Origin: Felis catus
Lineage: Eukaryota
Direction: 5' to 3'
Assembly: GCF_018350175.1 (NCBI RefSeq)
Contig: NC_058368.1
Coordinates: 60,948,001-61,012,000, forward strand
DNA: 64,000 bases
In this document: in pieces, positions 37,107-50,542 of the stretch
Position numbering within the stretch: the stretch's first letter is position 1
How the letters are laid out: every line of letters begins with the position of its first letter
Program-made: the position numbers and the translations under genes
The notes under the pieces: model-generated
What the model saw: the letters and a program-made list of their open reading frames with translations, nothing else
Databases searched by the model: none
What the model was told of the DNA's origin: nothing

Positions 37107-39012
37107 TATATTGCATTTAAAAGTCACTTAAGGATAAGCAATAAATTTGTAACTGGATACAATCTACAAATATGACAAAAAAATGCATTTTGAGGACATC
37201 CAACAGTTTGGTAATATTTAATAAAAGGTGTTTAACAAAATACAATTTTTGTCCTTGATGCATATGAAAATGTGACAGATGCTGTCATTATGATATGAAA
37301 ATTGTTTTATATTGCTTTAATTGCTTAAGGTAAAGCAAGTGTACTATTTTATTTAGCAATAATTGTTACTGATTTCAGTGAGTGAAAATAAACTGCTAGT
37401 TTTTGTAGTAGCAAAAATTCTACCTATAATAAAAACTGTGAATTCAGGGGAGGCATTCTGTTACTTTATTCAGACCAGACCCCAACAAAAGTTCAATCTT
37501 CAGCCAAGTCATTGAGATAGTTCAATCATGTTCATGATGAAAATCCTGGAAACTCTGCCATTTATAGTGGGAACAATTTGATTGCAATCAAGCTTTTGAC
37601 CAAAGGTATTGAAAATTAAATGTATTTGATATTGTCTGTAATACATGGTATTTCCATTTTTTCTTCTAAATTATATATCCCCAGGCTACTTTAAAGAAAA
37701 ATCCTTCCAAGAATCAAGGGAAGAGTAGAATTATGATTTTAAAATTTATCTAAAAACTTTTCTGAGTTCATGCAGTTTTTTTATACTTCTGTCATCTTGG
37801 TAAGTTAGCAGTAGTCAATGTTCTGTTCTTGGGTCAGTATGTCTTGTCAATCTGAAGATCATCACAGTTGGGAAGGGAAGGAAACGGGAGTAGCTTTCTT
37901 TTATAGTATTTGATGCACTGTTTTGAGGGGTTCACAAGAAGGATCCTTCTTTTATGAAATAAGTAATACAGCTTTTCATTGCCTGTTAGGTTTGTGAGCA
38001 TTACATTTACCTGAGGACATTAAATATAGATTGGAATGTGGTCTGTGTTGGACAGCTCAAAAAAGACATGAGGAAACTAGCCATCAAAAGGGGAAGTTAT
38101 GGCATTTAATGTTAGCTTGTCTCAAAGTCCAGTTATCTCAGTGTTCAACATTGCAAAGGTTATTTCTCATCTATAATATCCCTTGTGGCTCAGGAATTTA
38201 TACTGTTAATTTTATGATGCTGACAGTTTAGACATGTGATGCAGGGCATTTTTTGCTCACATTCCATTATTCATAACTCAATCACGTGAACTCAGAGGGA
38301 AGGGTAGAAAACACAGTTTTCCCTTAAGTCCAAGAAGAATATATTGAAATGCTTGGTCAACACTCAACATATTTCTGTCACAGGAAATTAGAGGCATTGA
38401 GATAAAGAGATGACTAAACCACAAAAAATAACCAGAAATTAGTAAAATATATAAGATGTTACACATGGAGTTAATCACAGATACAGAAAGATGTGAGAAT
38501 ATGAGAGTCATGGGAAATGTTCCACTCAAGGCTTCTGTGTGGTTGTGTGTAGACCAAGAGGAGAACATTTTGGTTATTTTAAATTTCTTCCCCACGCGTC
38601 CATTATCTGGCATTCCTTGCCATATTCTGTGCCCCCAAAAGACTGATCTCTCTGGTATCTAGTGGGGCTAGACTGTTGAGTTGTACAGGGAGAGATGGGG
38701 AGTGTAAAGAGGACTCTATGCTTCATGGCCACATGTCTGGTTGTGTCTCCATCTAATAAGACTGTTGTGCCTGTAGTTTCCTTGAAGCTACATTCATAAT
38801 GTGTTCATAAATACGTCCATAATGATTCATAAATCCTTATTACTCTCATTAGCCCTTATTAGCATTTTCCTTCCCTTTTACCTCAGTTCTGTAGATGAGA
38901 ATAATGACTTCCTGAGGTGGTTGAGATTTGAATCTTTTGCTGTGCTCTTGTTTGGTACATAACTCTATCTGGATCTATATGAGTAATCCTTGCATTAAAA
39001 TTTCTCACTAAG

Positions 39013-39234
39013 GGGGCGCCTGGGTGGCGCAGTCGGTTAAGCGTCCGACTTCAGCCAGGTCACGATCTCGCGGTCCGTGAGTTCGAGCCCCGCGTCGGGC
39101 TCTGGGCTGATGGCTCAGAGCCCGGAGCCTGTTTCCGATTCTGTGTCTCCCTCTCTCTCTGCCCCTCCCCCGTTCATGCTCTGTCTCTCTCTGTCCCAAA
39201 AATAAATAAACGTTGAAAAAAAAATTTTAAAAAA
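39013..39234 (+). mobile_element. Very young felid SINE (SINEC_Fc-type)
   Basis: CpG-rich with no visible decay; perfect 17-bp TSD TAAAATTTCTCACTAAG at 38996-39012 and 39235-39251. Confidence 0.98.
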
Positions 39235-39299
39235 TAAAATTTCTCACTAAGATCTTGGATCAGTCTTGTTTCCTACTATGTTTCCATCTAATAATATTT

Positions 39300-39541
39300 T
39301 TTTTCTTCTTTTTTTTTTTCAACGTTTATTTATTTTTGGGACAGAGAGAGACAGAGCATGAACGGGGGAGGGGCAGAGAGAGAGGGAGACACAGAATCGG
39401 AAACAGGCTCCGGGCTCTGAGCCATCAGCCCAGAGCCCGACGCGGGGCTCGAACTCACGGACCGCGAGATCGTGACCTGGCTGAAGTCGGACGCTTAACC
39501 GACTGCGCCACCCAGGCGCCCCAGCGCCACCCAGGCGCCCC
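39300..39541 (-). mobile_element. Very young felid SINE with a duplicated 5' end
   Basis: TSD TAATAATATTT at 39289-39299 and 39544-39554; GCGCCACCCAGGCGCCCC present twice (39505-39522, 39524-39541). Confidence 0.98.
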
Positions 39542-39859
39542 TGTAATAATATTTGAAACCGATTTTATTTGGAGTTCCAAAGGCAGTTCTGGAGATGTAC
39601 ATATGTAGGTTTATATATTACATAATTTCTGCAGTTGATCCAAATTTTAACATTGTTATTACCTCAAATACAGTTTTATGAAGGGAAGAAAAGGTCAACT
39701 ATCTGTATAAAGAGCTAGAAGAATATCAGAGCTTTCTTATTGTAGAAAACTCTAGGTCTTTAATTCAACTGTGAACAATCATGTTTTTTCTTTTTTCTGT
39801 CTGTATTTTCTCATTATTCTTTATGCCTTTCTCTCTGTCTCATTCCTGACCCTTCCTCC

Positions 39860-40286
39860 CCGTTCTCCAGGGACCAGGAACCAATGCAGTAGGATATACA
39901 TATACTGTCCTCATATGCATACTTATACGTGTATAAACACACAGGTTGTTAAGGAATTGGTGCACAGGAAGGTGAGTTTGGAAACCTGAAATCTGGACAG
40001 ACTGGCAGGTTAGGAGACTTGGAGATGAGTTGATATTTCAGTCATGAGTTCTAAGACAGTCTGGAGGCAGAATTCCTTTTCCACAGACCTCAGTCTTATT
40101 GTCTTATGGCTTTCAAGTGATTAAGTTGAGGCCCAATTACATTATGGAGGATAATCTGCTCTACTCAACTGATTTTACTTTTAATCACCTCTAAAAATTA
40201 CCTTCACAGCAACATATAGCCTAGTGTTTGACCAAATATCTTGAAACTATAGCTTAGCCAAGCTGACACATAACATTAGCCATCAC
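39860..40286 (-). mobile_element. ERVL MLT2-type solo LTR (MLT2D-like)
   Basis: AAGGAATTGG, TCTGGAGGCAGAATTCC, CATTATGGAGGATAATCTGCT, GTGTTTGACCAAATA, AGCCAAGCTGACACATAA. Confidence 0.82.
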
Positions 40287-40317
40287 TCCATCTATCAATC
40301 ATCTGTCTTACTAGGTC

Positions 40318-40877
40318 TGTATATTAGTTTTTTTATTGCTGGTAACAAACAACCACAAACTTAATAGCTTAAAACAAGGCAGATTTATTTCACATTTTTG
40401 GAGGTCAGAAATCAGAAACGAATGTCACTGGTCATAATTCAAGTTATTGGCTTCATTCAAAAGGAAAAAAGACTGCTTTCCTTTCAGACTCTCTAGTGAG
40501 AGTCTGTTTCTTTGCATTTTTCTAGCTTCTAAAGGCCACCTTCATTCTTTGGGTCTTGGACCAATGGATACCTCTAAAACCAACGTCACGCGGTCTTTCT
40601 CACGTTGTCATGTCTCTGGTGCCATTGTCACATGTTTTCTTCTAATTTCAACTCTTTTGCCTTTTTATTAGTAAATGCCCTTCTGATTATATTTGGCCCA
40701 CCAGGATAATCTAGGATCATCTATTTAAGAGAGGTTTTCTGTATTTAAGAGGTTGTCAGTTTACTGGCAACCTTATTTCCATTCACAATTTTAATTCTTT
40801 GTCACATGTCATATTCACAGATTTTTAGGTATTTAGGATATGGATATTGTGGGAGGCCGTTATTCTGCCTACTGCAT
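40318..40877 (-). mobile_element. MaLR solo LTR (MLT1D/E-like)
   Basis: TGTATATTAGTTT..GTAACAAACAACCACAAACTTAATAGCTTAAAACAA..GGAGGTCAGAA..CCCACCAGGATAATC..TTATTCTGCCTAC. Confidence 0.82.
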
Positions 40878-41069
40878 TCTCTACCATTTACAAAATCTTT
40901 TAACTCCTGTTAACATCACAATATTGGTGTAAAGTTATCAAATATAAATTGCCCAGTTGTTCAGAGGTCTGGAAATATTTAATGATATTCCACAAACTTT
41001 CAGCAGAGCTGGATAAACATAAATGAGATGCTCTGTTCATTCTTCAATGAATAAATAACCAAGCCAATC

Positions 41070-41097
41070 ATAAATAAATAAATAAATAAATAAATAA
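41070..41097. repeat. (TAAA)n repeat
   Basis: About 7 units, read directly. Confidence 0.85.
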
Positions 41098-41519
41098 ACA
41101 AATGTTTTTCCACTAATTTAGCATGAAGCTCACTTCTCTGAGAAGGAATAGAACATCTATAGGGCTAGGATCCCTCTAGTTAGAACAGCTATCATTATGC
41201 TCACAATACACATCAGTACTTTGTGGTGCTCATTGGAATGAAATAAATATTTCATAAATAATAATTGATACAGAGTACTTAAACACATTCTTAGGGTTAA
41301 GATCCTATCCATTAGTTGCTTTGGGGAGTCCTGAAACATGAAATCCAATGATGTGGGCAACATCAGTATCACTATGTGGTTGACAAATTTGGTTTTTGAA
41401 GTAATCCAGGCATGGATTAGAGTTTATGCTCTAATCCTTTCTAATTACTATAATAGTTGCAATAATATAATTACTCATTTTCACAGGACTTTTGAAAGCT
41501 TAAAATAAGATCCACAACA

Positions 41520-42137
41520 AAAGCTCGTACATAAGCTTATAGTAGTTTTACTAGTAAAAGCCTAAAGTTGTATACAACCCAACTGTCTTCATTAGGTGGG
41601 TAGTTAAACTCTGGTACATTTATATAATGACATATTAGTGAGCAATAAAGGTGAAAAAACTATGGATATATGCTACAACATGGATGGGTCTCAAGGGTAT
41701 TAGGCTTAGAGAAAAAAAATCTAAGGATATTATATACTATTATTCCATTTACACAATAGTCTCAAAACTATGGAAAAGGAGAACTTGTTAATGATAGTTA
41801 GCAGTTAAGGACAGGACGGTTGTAAATATAAAGGGTAGTGTGAGGGAGTTCCTTTGTAGTAATGGAAGAATTCTCCATATTAATTGAGGTTAATTACACA
41901 CACATATATAAATGACAAAATTGCCTAAAATTGAAAATACATACACACCCAGGCAGACACACGAATGTGTGCATGTAGTCAAGTTAACTGTGTTGCCCTC
42001 ATACCAGTCCCCTGGTTTTGATATTTTGCTACGGTTCCATAAGATGCCGTGTTAAGGGAAGGTGCATGAAAAGATCATGGAATCCTGTACTATTTTTGTA
42101 TCTTCCTGAAAACATACAATTATTTCAAAATCTAAAG
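41520..42137 (+). mobile_element. Ancient L1M 3' end (L1MC/ME-like)
   Basis: ACAACCCAACTGTC, GCTACAACATGGATGGGTCTCAAGGGTATTAGGCT, TATTCCATTTACA, ATTATTTCAAAAT terminus. Confidence 0.75.
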
Positions 42138-42193
42138 GAAAACTGAGATCAAGCATGTGATACACTTAGCACAAGACCTGCTACACTATGACT

Positions 42194-42256
42194 ATATATA
42201 TATACATATATATGTATATATACGTGTATATATGTATGTATATATATATATATATA
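42194..42256. repeat. (TA)n imperfect microsatellite
   Basis: Read directly. Confidence 0.9.
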
Positions 42257-45200
42257 TTTAACTAGTTGGAAAAAGTCACATGAAGTTAGAAACTGAAGAA
42301 ATGATATACTTGGGGGCAGGAATGGGGGAGAATGAATATAGGAAAATGTAAATTCCTTATGTGTATTTCATGTGGAAGAAAATGTGAGATGCCAATGGAA
42401 GTTATACTATTATACTGTTCTCCCATATATTGTATTCAGTATTCTTTCTACTTATATGCTCAAAAAAATGGTGGTAATGTTAAAATAGCTTGGCTTGTTC
42501 ATGCATATAGTTTCAGTGGATTTCATTTTTATGTTGATTTACTAAAATCTTTCAATGATACACTCGATAAAAATGCACTGATGGATCACGACTTCAACTA
42601 CAAATTTTCATCACGGATTCAACTACAAAATCTGTTTGAACAAGGTAATGAATCAACTTTAACGTGGAAAAATTTTCATTAGCAATGCAATCTTTTTCCT
42701 TTTATCCTTTCTTTTCTTTTTTTTTTTTTTTTTTTTGGTTTTCTCCATCTTTGATTTACTGATTACTACTCTAGAATATTAAATGCATCTTCTCACATAT
42801 CTTCAAGGATGGTAACAATTGTGGGCTGCATTGTGTATTACTTGTACCTTGTTTTTAAATTCATATTTTAAACATCACTGAAATAAGTGTAAAGTAACTC
42901 ACTAAAATTAGTAACACACCTGCATGTATGAATTAGATAATAGTGGACACCTTTAAGAAAATACTAATACATTTTCTTTTATATTTCTAAACTACTTTGT
43001 TGTTTTTGAAAAATGGTGATTACAAATGTTGAAGTAAGTGAAGAGATGACTATAATGTTGGATAATACTTTCAAATAGGCAAAATAAAAAATTCTGTATT
43101 TTCATATTTTGTTGAATCTTTCAGTAATTCAAAATTGTTCTGAATTCTAAATAACTAGAAAGTTATCAATATACTATGCCCTCTAGTTAATTCATTTAGT
43201 AACAAAAAATTATAAAATTTAAACTATTTCCTTCAATATTGCTGTGGTATTGCATAATAATAAAGCTAAGTTAGTTATATAAATGGATAAGGAATGTTGA
43301 GTCATCTACCTGATTTGAATTAAAACTAAAAATAATTATAGCCTCAGTGATTATGATCATAGCTGTGATAAAGGCTCTTAAAGTATACCCTCACCCCCAG
43401 GTGGAATGAGAAATGTTACTTTTGTATGTTCTATGACATATGACACATATTTCCAATTCATGTATTCATTATGTTTTCTTATAATTAATATTTTATCATC
43501 AGTGTTCTGTGACTTCCTTGAGGGCAGAATCTGTCATATGTTTTCAACCCAAATGCCTAGTTCAGTGCCAAGTCGTTATTCTACAAGTGTTCATTAAATG
43601 TTTGGATATATAAGCTAATTTATTGTCTTTTTAGCATAATCTTTATTGGAGGTAATGAGCATTTCAATCTCAGAATATCCTCGTGTTTGAATCCCAGTTC
43701 ATTCACTGCATAGCTTTAACAAATTCCACTCATGGTTTGTATGGTCATGTAAGTTATGTGAATTTTAGAGAATCCACCTTTCTCACTTTGCATAGTGCCT
43801 GGCCAGAATAAGCAACTTTTTATTCCTTCTTCCACAGGGACTTAGTTCCTTAATTTACTAAGTATTTATCAACCTCTTAGTGCTTAACAATATACCATCA
43901 CGCACATGCGTGCACACACAAAAGGAAAAGGAAACATGGAAGACCTGTTTCCTATGAAAAGTCTGTATTTGGGGTGTCAATATACACCAACACACAGGAA
44001 AGAAAACTATATATTTGTTTCCATCCACTTCTAAAATATTTGAGAGCACTATCAGTCTGTATGAAAGTTCAGAGAGACTGGTTGGTGAATATGCAAAGGA
44101 GAAAATAGGAGTTACAAGGAATCTTGAAAAGGTTGAGTTGTAAGTAAACATGTTTTATATTAGGTATCCTTGAAGCAAACATTAGATGACATTTTTTGTG
44201 CAAGTGATTTATTAAGGTGTTCCCAGGAGTATGAGGGAAAAGGGACACAAAGGACAGAAAAGGAGATTTTGATCTTGGGGAAAATCACAGAGTGGATGCT
44301 TTTGACCTCATCTGCAGAGGAACTTTAGACTTTCAACTTGTAATCTGGAGTTGCTGGACTGGGACGTGGGAGCAGGGGCTTTCAGAGACTCTCACCCATC
44401 AGTGTTGGTGTAAAAAGTGTACATGTGGTAGAAAAGAAGGTGAGATGACAAGAGTTGCAAGACACTTCCTGTTCCTCTCTGCATGATGAGGACATGGGCT
44501 TCCACAGCCTGAAGGCCATGTTTGCTAAAAAGAGCCACCACTAACTATTTGAAGACAAGTACACTGAGGCCCAGGCACGGAAAAATGGGAAAAGGTGAAT
44601 GTAAGCATCTTCATGGAGTGCAGTCACTGCCTAATATGTGTACGTGTAGAGGGTGCTGCGGACAATTTGTAGGGGGGGAAAAAGACAACCCTAAATGGGA
44701 GGAAAGATTTTTTCCTTGGAGCATGACCGTATTACCCTGTAATTCTTCTCATTCAGCTATTCCTACAAGGAAGAAGTGAAAATCTATTTACAATGTTTTT
44801 GGGAAGTTTCACTTCAGCCTTTGCTTTAACATTTCTAAAAGGAGTCAGTGTTTCTGGAGTCAGCTACAGTTAGAATGAATGGGTTTCCATTTGGTTTCTT
44901 CAGATTATTGGGCTCTCATCCCCTTCTTCACAGGTTACAAGAGATTCCAAATTACCAACTGGAGTGTCATCTATTTTTAGCTTCAAAAGAGAGAGACCTA
45001 TGGTTGTGCTTCTTTATGCTCCCCTGAAGTCACACCACAGGCTATTACAATCTTACTAGCTTGCATTTTATTACAGATCACTTAGTCTTCCAGTCAGGTA
45101 CTTCAGACACCACAGTACACTTTTTTTTTGTTTAGTTGTCTTTTAGCCTATGCATTTCAAAGATAACCTGAAGCCATGGAATATTCTTACTCCTCTTCAT

Positions 45201-48200
45201 AGTTCTCCCTGTACCTCCAGTAAGTAGAAACATTGTTTATCATAACCACAGTCCCACTGTTGGGAACCTAGGTAAATCAGGACTGTGGTATAGACTTCCT
45301 TATTCTTTCCCTATTAACTTCTGCCCTGAGTGTTTCATATTTATTTATTTATCTACCTATCATGCAAGACAGAAGTGGAGAAATGGAAAGGGAATTTGGG
45401 AAACATTGAATTCTTCATTCCTCAGGAAAAAAAACTTGCATTTCTGATTTCATAGTTAATTCACATATAAAATTACAAATGATAAAACACAACATGAATC
45501 TTTATATATCCTGATGAGATTAGATTTAAAAGGGTTTAGATATATTGACCTTGCAAAATATTTAATATTCTATGAATTTTCAAATTTATACTCTATTTTT
45601 CTGAGGTTGCTTTTAGTAGCTCAGAAAGATATTTAATGAGTATCGAGGTTATGTATACTTTTCTCCTCTCTCTAATGCCACATTTCTGAGCTTTGCCTGT
45701 TGATTATTAAAGTGCTTATTCACTTTCTAAGAACCACACACAGGTTTTAACCTCCCCAAATGTATCAGTCTTAACCCTTGTCACAAGTACATTTTCTGGA
45801 TTTTGAAATCTTTTAATTTTCCAGCTAATGACTATCAGTTTTGAAAAGTTTTACTGATGGCAATTGCTGGAAACTTAAATACTTTTATAACCAACAGGTA
45901 AAAAATGTTTTTAGGGGGTTTCTCAAAAATTTTCCACAGAAGTTTGGAGATTTACTGATCAGATAACATATTGTATTTATGAAAATGACTCATTTGTTTT
46001 TGTCCTAAATAGATCATAATTCCAAGATGGCAGAGCAAGGTTGTAGTCACTCATATCATGCCTTGTGTCCATTTCATATTAAATGGTCAATAGTTATGCA
46101 GTAAATGAAGGCACTAACTTTGTTCAAGAGAGTGATGAAGCAATTTTTAATGTAAATATTTACAACTCAATTGTATATTTTTTTGACATTGTCTTAAAAC
46201 TGTTTTATCAATTGTATGCTAGAGTTGTTTCAAATATTCTGATGCCCAGGCATTCCCTATATCCTGTTTTAAATGGTGTTGCTTGAGTGGTTTTGTTTAT
46301 ATTCTGTTCCTGTAATTTGTATTAATGGCAACCTGGGACTCTTTTCAATCCAGAGAGTATCCATATTTCTGTATTACTATATTCAAATTAATGTCTGGGA
46401 CAGACTGTGTAATGGGATATTATATGACTTAAGTCTGATTACAACCAAAAACACGTGATTAGAATTTACTTATAAAAAGAATCAGTTCTTAAGAACCTAT
46501 GTAGCTTCCTAACTCCTTTTTTGAGTGTTTAATGATAATTTCACTGTCAAAAGTACAATTTGAAGCATCATTTATGGGTTTGCAGTAAAGGTGCCTATAC
46601 AGAAAGAAGGTGGCAAGGGTGTAAGAGGCAGAAATATACTCTAGAATTTGGTCCAAAGCAGATTAAATTTTATACATTGGTTCAAATAGAGAGTAAGACC
46701 TGTAGTAAATCTAACCATGGGGAAACATGGGGAAACATACACTAAATGCATGGAGAAACCATGGGGAAACACACTAAATGCATATATTTTCTTAGTATTG
46801 TATTTCCATTGTCATCAAATATTTTGGCCATACTGTATTTTTGATAAAGAGGGAAATTGTGTGATCTTTCTGTAGAGTCTCTAGGAGTTGAAAATGTATG
46901 GGTATTCTATTTAAAATTAAAATATTTATGTTTCAGTACTATGACATTATATTTTAGCATGTTTTCATTTTTATGGGCTAAAAACAAAATGAGGATGGGT
47001 TCACAGAGTGTGTTTGTTCAGTGCTCTTTTCTAGCCCTGAATATTTCTATAGAAATGGTGACAGTGGAATCCTAGGAACTGAATGAATAAAGACATAAAT
47101 ATTCAAAGATGTGATGAGATATCTTGTATTCCTTTTTGTGTAGAAATTGGATTCAAATTATGTGTATCCAGCTCTGAAGAGCTCAGATATATAGTTTTTG
47201 TGTTGCAAGGAAGTTCCAGGGAGAGGAAAGAGTATTGGTGATCACCTTCTTCCCAGAATCATCAGAAATATTTCATGATGATGGATCTCAGAGCAACAGC
47301 TCAATAAATATGTGTTGAATGAATATATGTACATACCCTGTTGAGCTTCTCTTTTGGTTGTGTGAATGGAGTCAACATCCACACATTATGAAACAGTATT
47401 CTAAAGCAAAAAGCCTTGTGATTTCAACAGTCTGTAGTATTGAAAATGTTATCATTTCACTTCAGTATTGCATTATAAGTCATTAAACGATAAAGTATAT
47501 TTCTATTTTTTTCAGACGTTTTAAAAACTCTGCTTCAAAACATGGTAGTCCAGAAGGAACAGAGAATTGAAGGAAAAAATAGGCAGAGTTAACGAAAGAA
47601 AGCTGACTATCTGAAGACTTCACTTATGAAAGTAGAAAACTCATATGGAGCCCTGGGAACTCGGCAGAGTAGGGGTCTTTGTACATAATGAGGTAAAATT
47701 ATTTGGTTTTCATTTGCTTCCCTTCAACAATTTTTAACTCTCAACTTATCCTCTGCAGAATAATTAGCTAGACATGGTAGAGAAAATCTTTTAATAGATT
47801 AAGAAAAAAAAAGCATGTTGGAGATACAATATTTGTATTAAAAATCTTATAGGAAACATGGTATTGCTTTATAAATATTTTAGTTTTTACATCACACATT
47901 ATCTCATAAAAAAACAACCAGTAACCATCCCAATAATTTATTGAAAGCTTTCAAAAACTAAGGAGATCAACAACAGTAATGACAACAGAGTTGCTTCAAA
48001 GAATATTCTTTGCTATTTATTGAAATCTAGCTTGAATCATTATGGGATTGAAAATGTTTGACAGAGCTGGTGTACCAGATATGGTTCTAAATATAAAGTG
48101 TACTGGAAACATGAAACCTTTAAATTCAATGATGCTAACAGGTGCAGCTTTAATGAAATATATTAGCATGTTAAAATAAACAAAGCTAAACATAGATGGA

Positions 48201-50159
48201 TAATGATCAACATCTTTATTTACTGAATTCCATAGCAGAAACTAAAGGCATCAGAGAAACACACCTTTAAAATGAGATGTGCAATCTCGGGGAACCTATT
48301 TTAACTTGTGCAGATTTTAAAACATAGTTGCTCTGTTTTAGTTTTTTCCCTATTTGCATGGTTAGAATATAAAGAGCTGGTAAATTATATACTTCAATAA
48401 AAATATTCAGAATCACTTAGTAACTATGCAAAATCCCACTTAGGAGTATATACCCGAAGAACCCAGAACCACAAACACACACAATGCTCTCATGTGGTTT
48501 ATAACAAATAACCAGGTGAAACACCCCCCAAGTCCAATTTCAAAAGGTTTTCTTAGGAGGAACATGAGCGAATTTTCTCTAGGGAGACTGTTTTTTGGGT
48601 ACAGAGTACTCTCCAATGTTTGGAGAGCCCTGAATATATCATGGTGTGAGTGAATTCTCTATCTTTTCTTGAAAGTTTTTAGGAGAAAAGTAAATGTTCA
48701 AGAAGCCTGTGATGATCTGACAGTGGTGTGGAATGAAAGCCCTTGAAATTGATATGATTTGAAAGGTGCGACTGATAGTGCCAGTGGATTGCCAAAGGCC
48801 ATGTATGTGGAGCTTGTATAGCCTGGAGAAAATACAAGGGGATTGAAACCCTTGAAGGGGTGAAAAAGAAAATTTTTCTTTCCTGAGCAAAGTAGCAAGT
48901 GCTTGGGTTAGGCAAAAAGAAATTGCGTTCTCCAATGACAAAAGGGAATATACTGACCTACATGTTTTAGAAAACAATAATTGTATTGCTTTTGACCAAT
49001 TTAGAACAATTAATATACATTCTTACAGTCCATTTTTTTAGTATTGTGGTGGGTGAAATGATTTTCTAACGTTAGGATACTCTAAATCTGTGACTTAGAA
49101 GGTAGAGAAAGCTTTTTTTCTCTTCCAGTAGAGGTGGTTGTAAACAATAATATCAATTACAAGTGAGAATAACAACTAGTGGAACACACATGAAATAGTT
49201 AAGTTACAAACTCATCTGAGTGACTCAGAATCCTACCTTTGAGTAAAGGCTTGAAACTTTAGTAACAATAAAACAGGAAGGGAATCGGCAACAAGAAAGG
49301 TTTTTGAGTTCATGTAGAAAAAAATAGTTGACAGGTTTTCTGTTGAATTATAATTGACATACACTATATTAGTTTCAGGTATACAACATAGTGATTACAT
49401 ATTTTTATTTGTTACTCAATGCTCACCAGGATAGGTCTTGTTACCATTTGTTATTAAACAAAGTTATTACAATATTGACCATGTTTTCTGTTCTGTACAT
49501 TATAAACCCTGTGTCTTATAACTGGAATTTTGTGGCTATTAATCCCCAATCACCTCTTCTTCCTGTCCCACCATTTTCCCCTCTGGTAACCACCAGTTCT
49601 CTGTATCTGAGTCTTCAGATTTGCCATTTTAGATTCCACATATAAGTGAAATCATACAGTATTTGTCTTTGATTTATTTCATAAGTATAATATCCTCTAG
49701 GTCCATCCATTTTGTCACAAAAAGCAAGAGCTCATTCTGTTTTATGGTTGAGTAGTAGTCCATTGTGTGTGTGTATACACCACATATTCTGTATCAATGA
49801 ACACTTAAGTTTCCATATTTTGCCTATTAGAAATAATTCTGCCATGAGGGTGGTTTATTTTTTTTTTCAGATACCAGAAATGGAATTGTTGGATGATACA
49901 GTTTTTTACATAGTGGTTGCACCAGTTTACATTCATGCCAACAATGCATAAAGATTCCTGTTTTTTGTTTTTTCTTCCACATACTTGCCAACACTTCTTT
50001 TTGGTAGTAGCCATTCTGACTGATGTGAGGTGGGATCTCATAGTGGTTTTGATTTGCATTCCCTGATGATTATCAATATGAAGCATCTCTTCATGTGCTA
50101 GTTGGCCAGTTGTATGTCTTTGGAAATATGTTTCTTCAGATCTTCTGCCTGTTATTTTA

Positions 50160-50542
50160 AATTATTATTTAAATTCCACTTAGTTAACACAGTGTAATAT
50201 TAGTTTCAGGTGTCCAATTTAGTGATTCAGCAGTTTCATAAAACACCCGGTGCTCATCACAAGTGTGCTCCTTAATCCCCATCACCTATTTAACGCATCC
50301 CCCCACACTCTTCCCCTCTGCTAACCATCAGTTCTCTAGAGTTAAGAATCTATTTCTTGGTTGGTCTTTTTTTCCCTATGCTGATTTAGTCTTTCAATTG
50401 CACATAAGAATGAAATCATATGATATTTGTCTTTCTCTTATTTTCTTTAGCATAAAACTCTAGCTCCATATCATTGCAAATTGTAAGATTTCATTCGTTT
50501 TTACACGAGTAATATTTACACGAGTAATATTCCATTGTATGT
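50160..50542 (-). mobile_element. L1 3'UTR fragment nested in the older L1
   Basis: A second L1 3' terminus (TATTAGTTTCAGGTGTCCAATTTAGTGATTC..GTGCTCATCACAAG) breaks the host ORF2; contains a 15-bp tandem duplication TTACACGAGTAATAT (50501-50530). Confidence 0.8.

Noticed and set aside
11521..39608. Recurrent peptide MGQRETEHERGRGRERGRHRI in four ORFs, suggesting a gene family
   Set aside because: It is the antisense translation of the felid SINE body, mostly from TTG starts.
44155..44640. Possible ancient LTR (GTGCAAGTGATTTATT motif)
   Set aside because: Too degenerate to assign a family or boundaries by eye.
42332..48977. ORFs of 100+ aa in unique DNA (42332-42682, 48639-48977)
   Set aside because: No domain similarity, AT-rich non-coding composition and no supporting gene structure.
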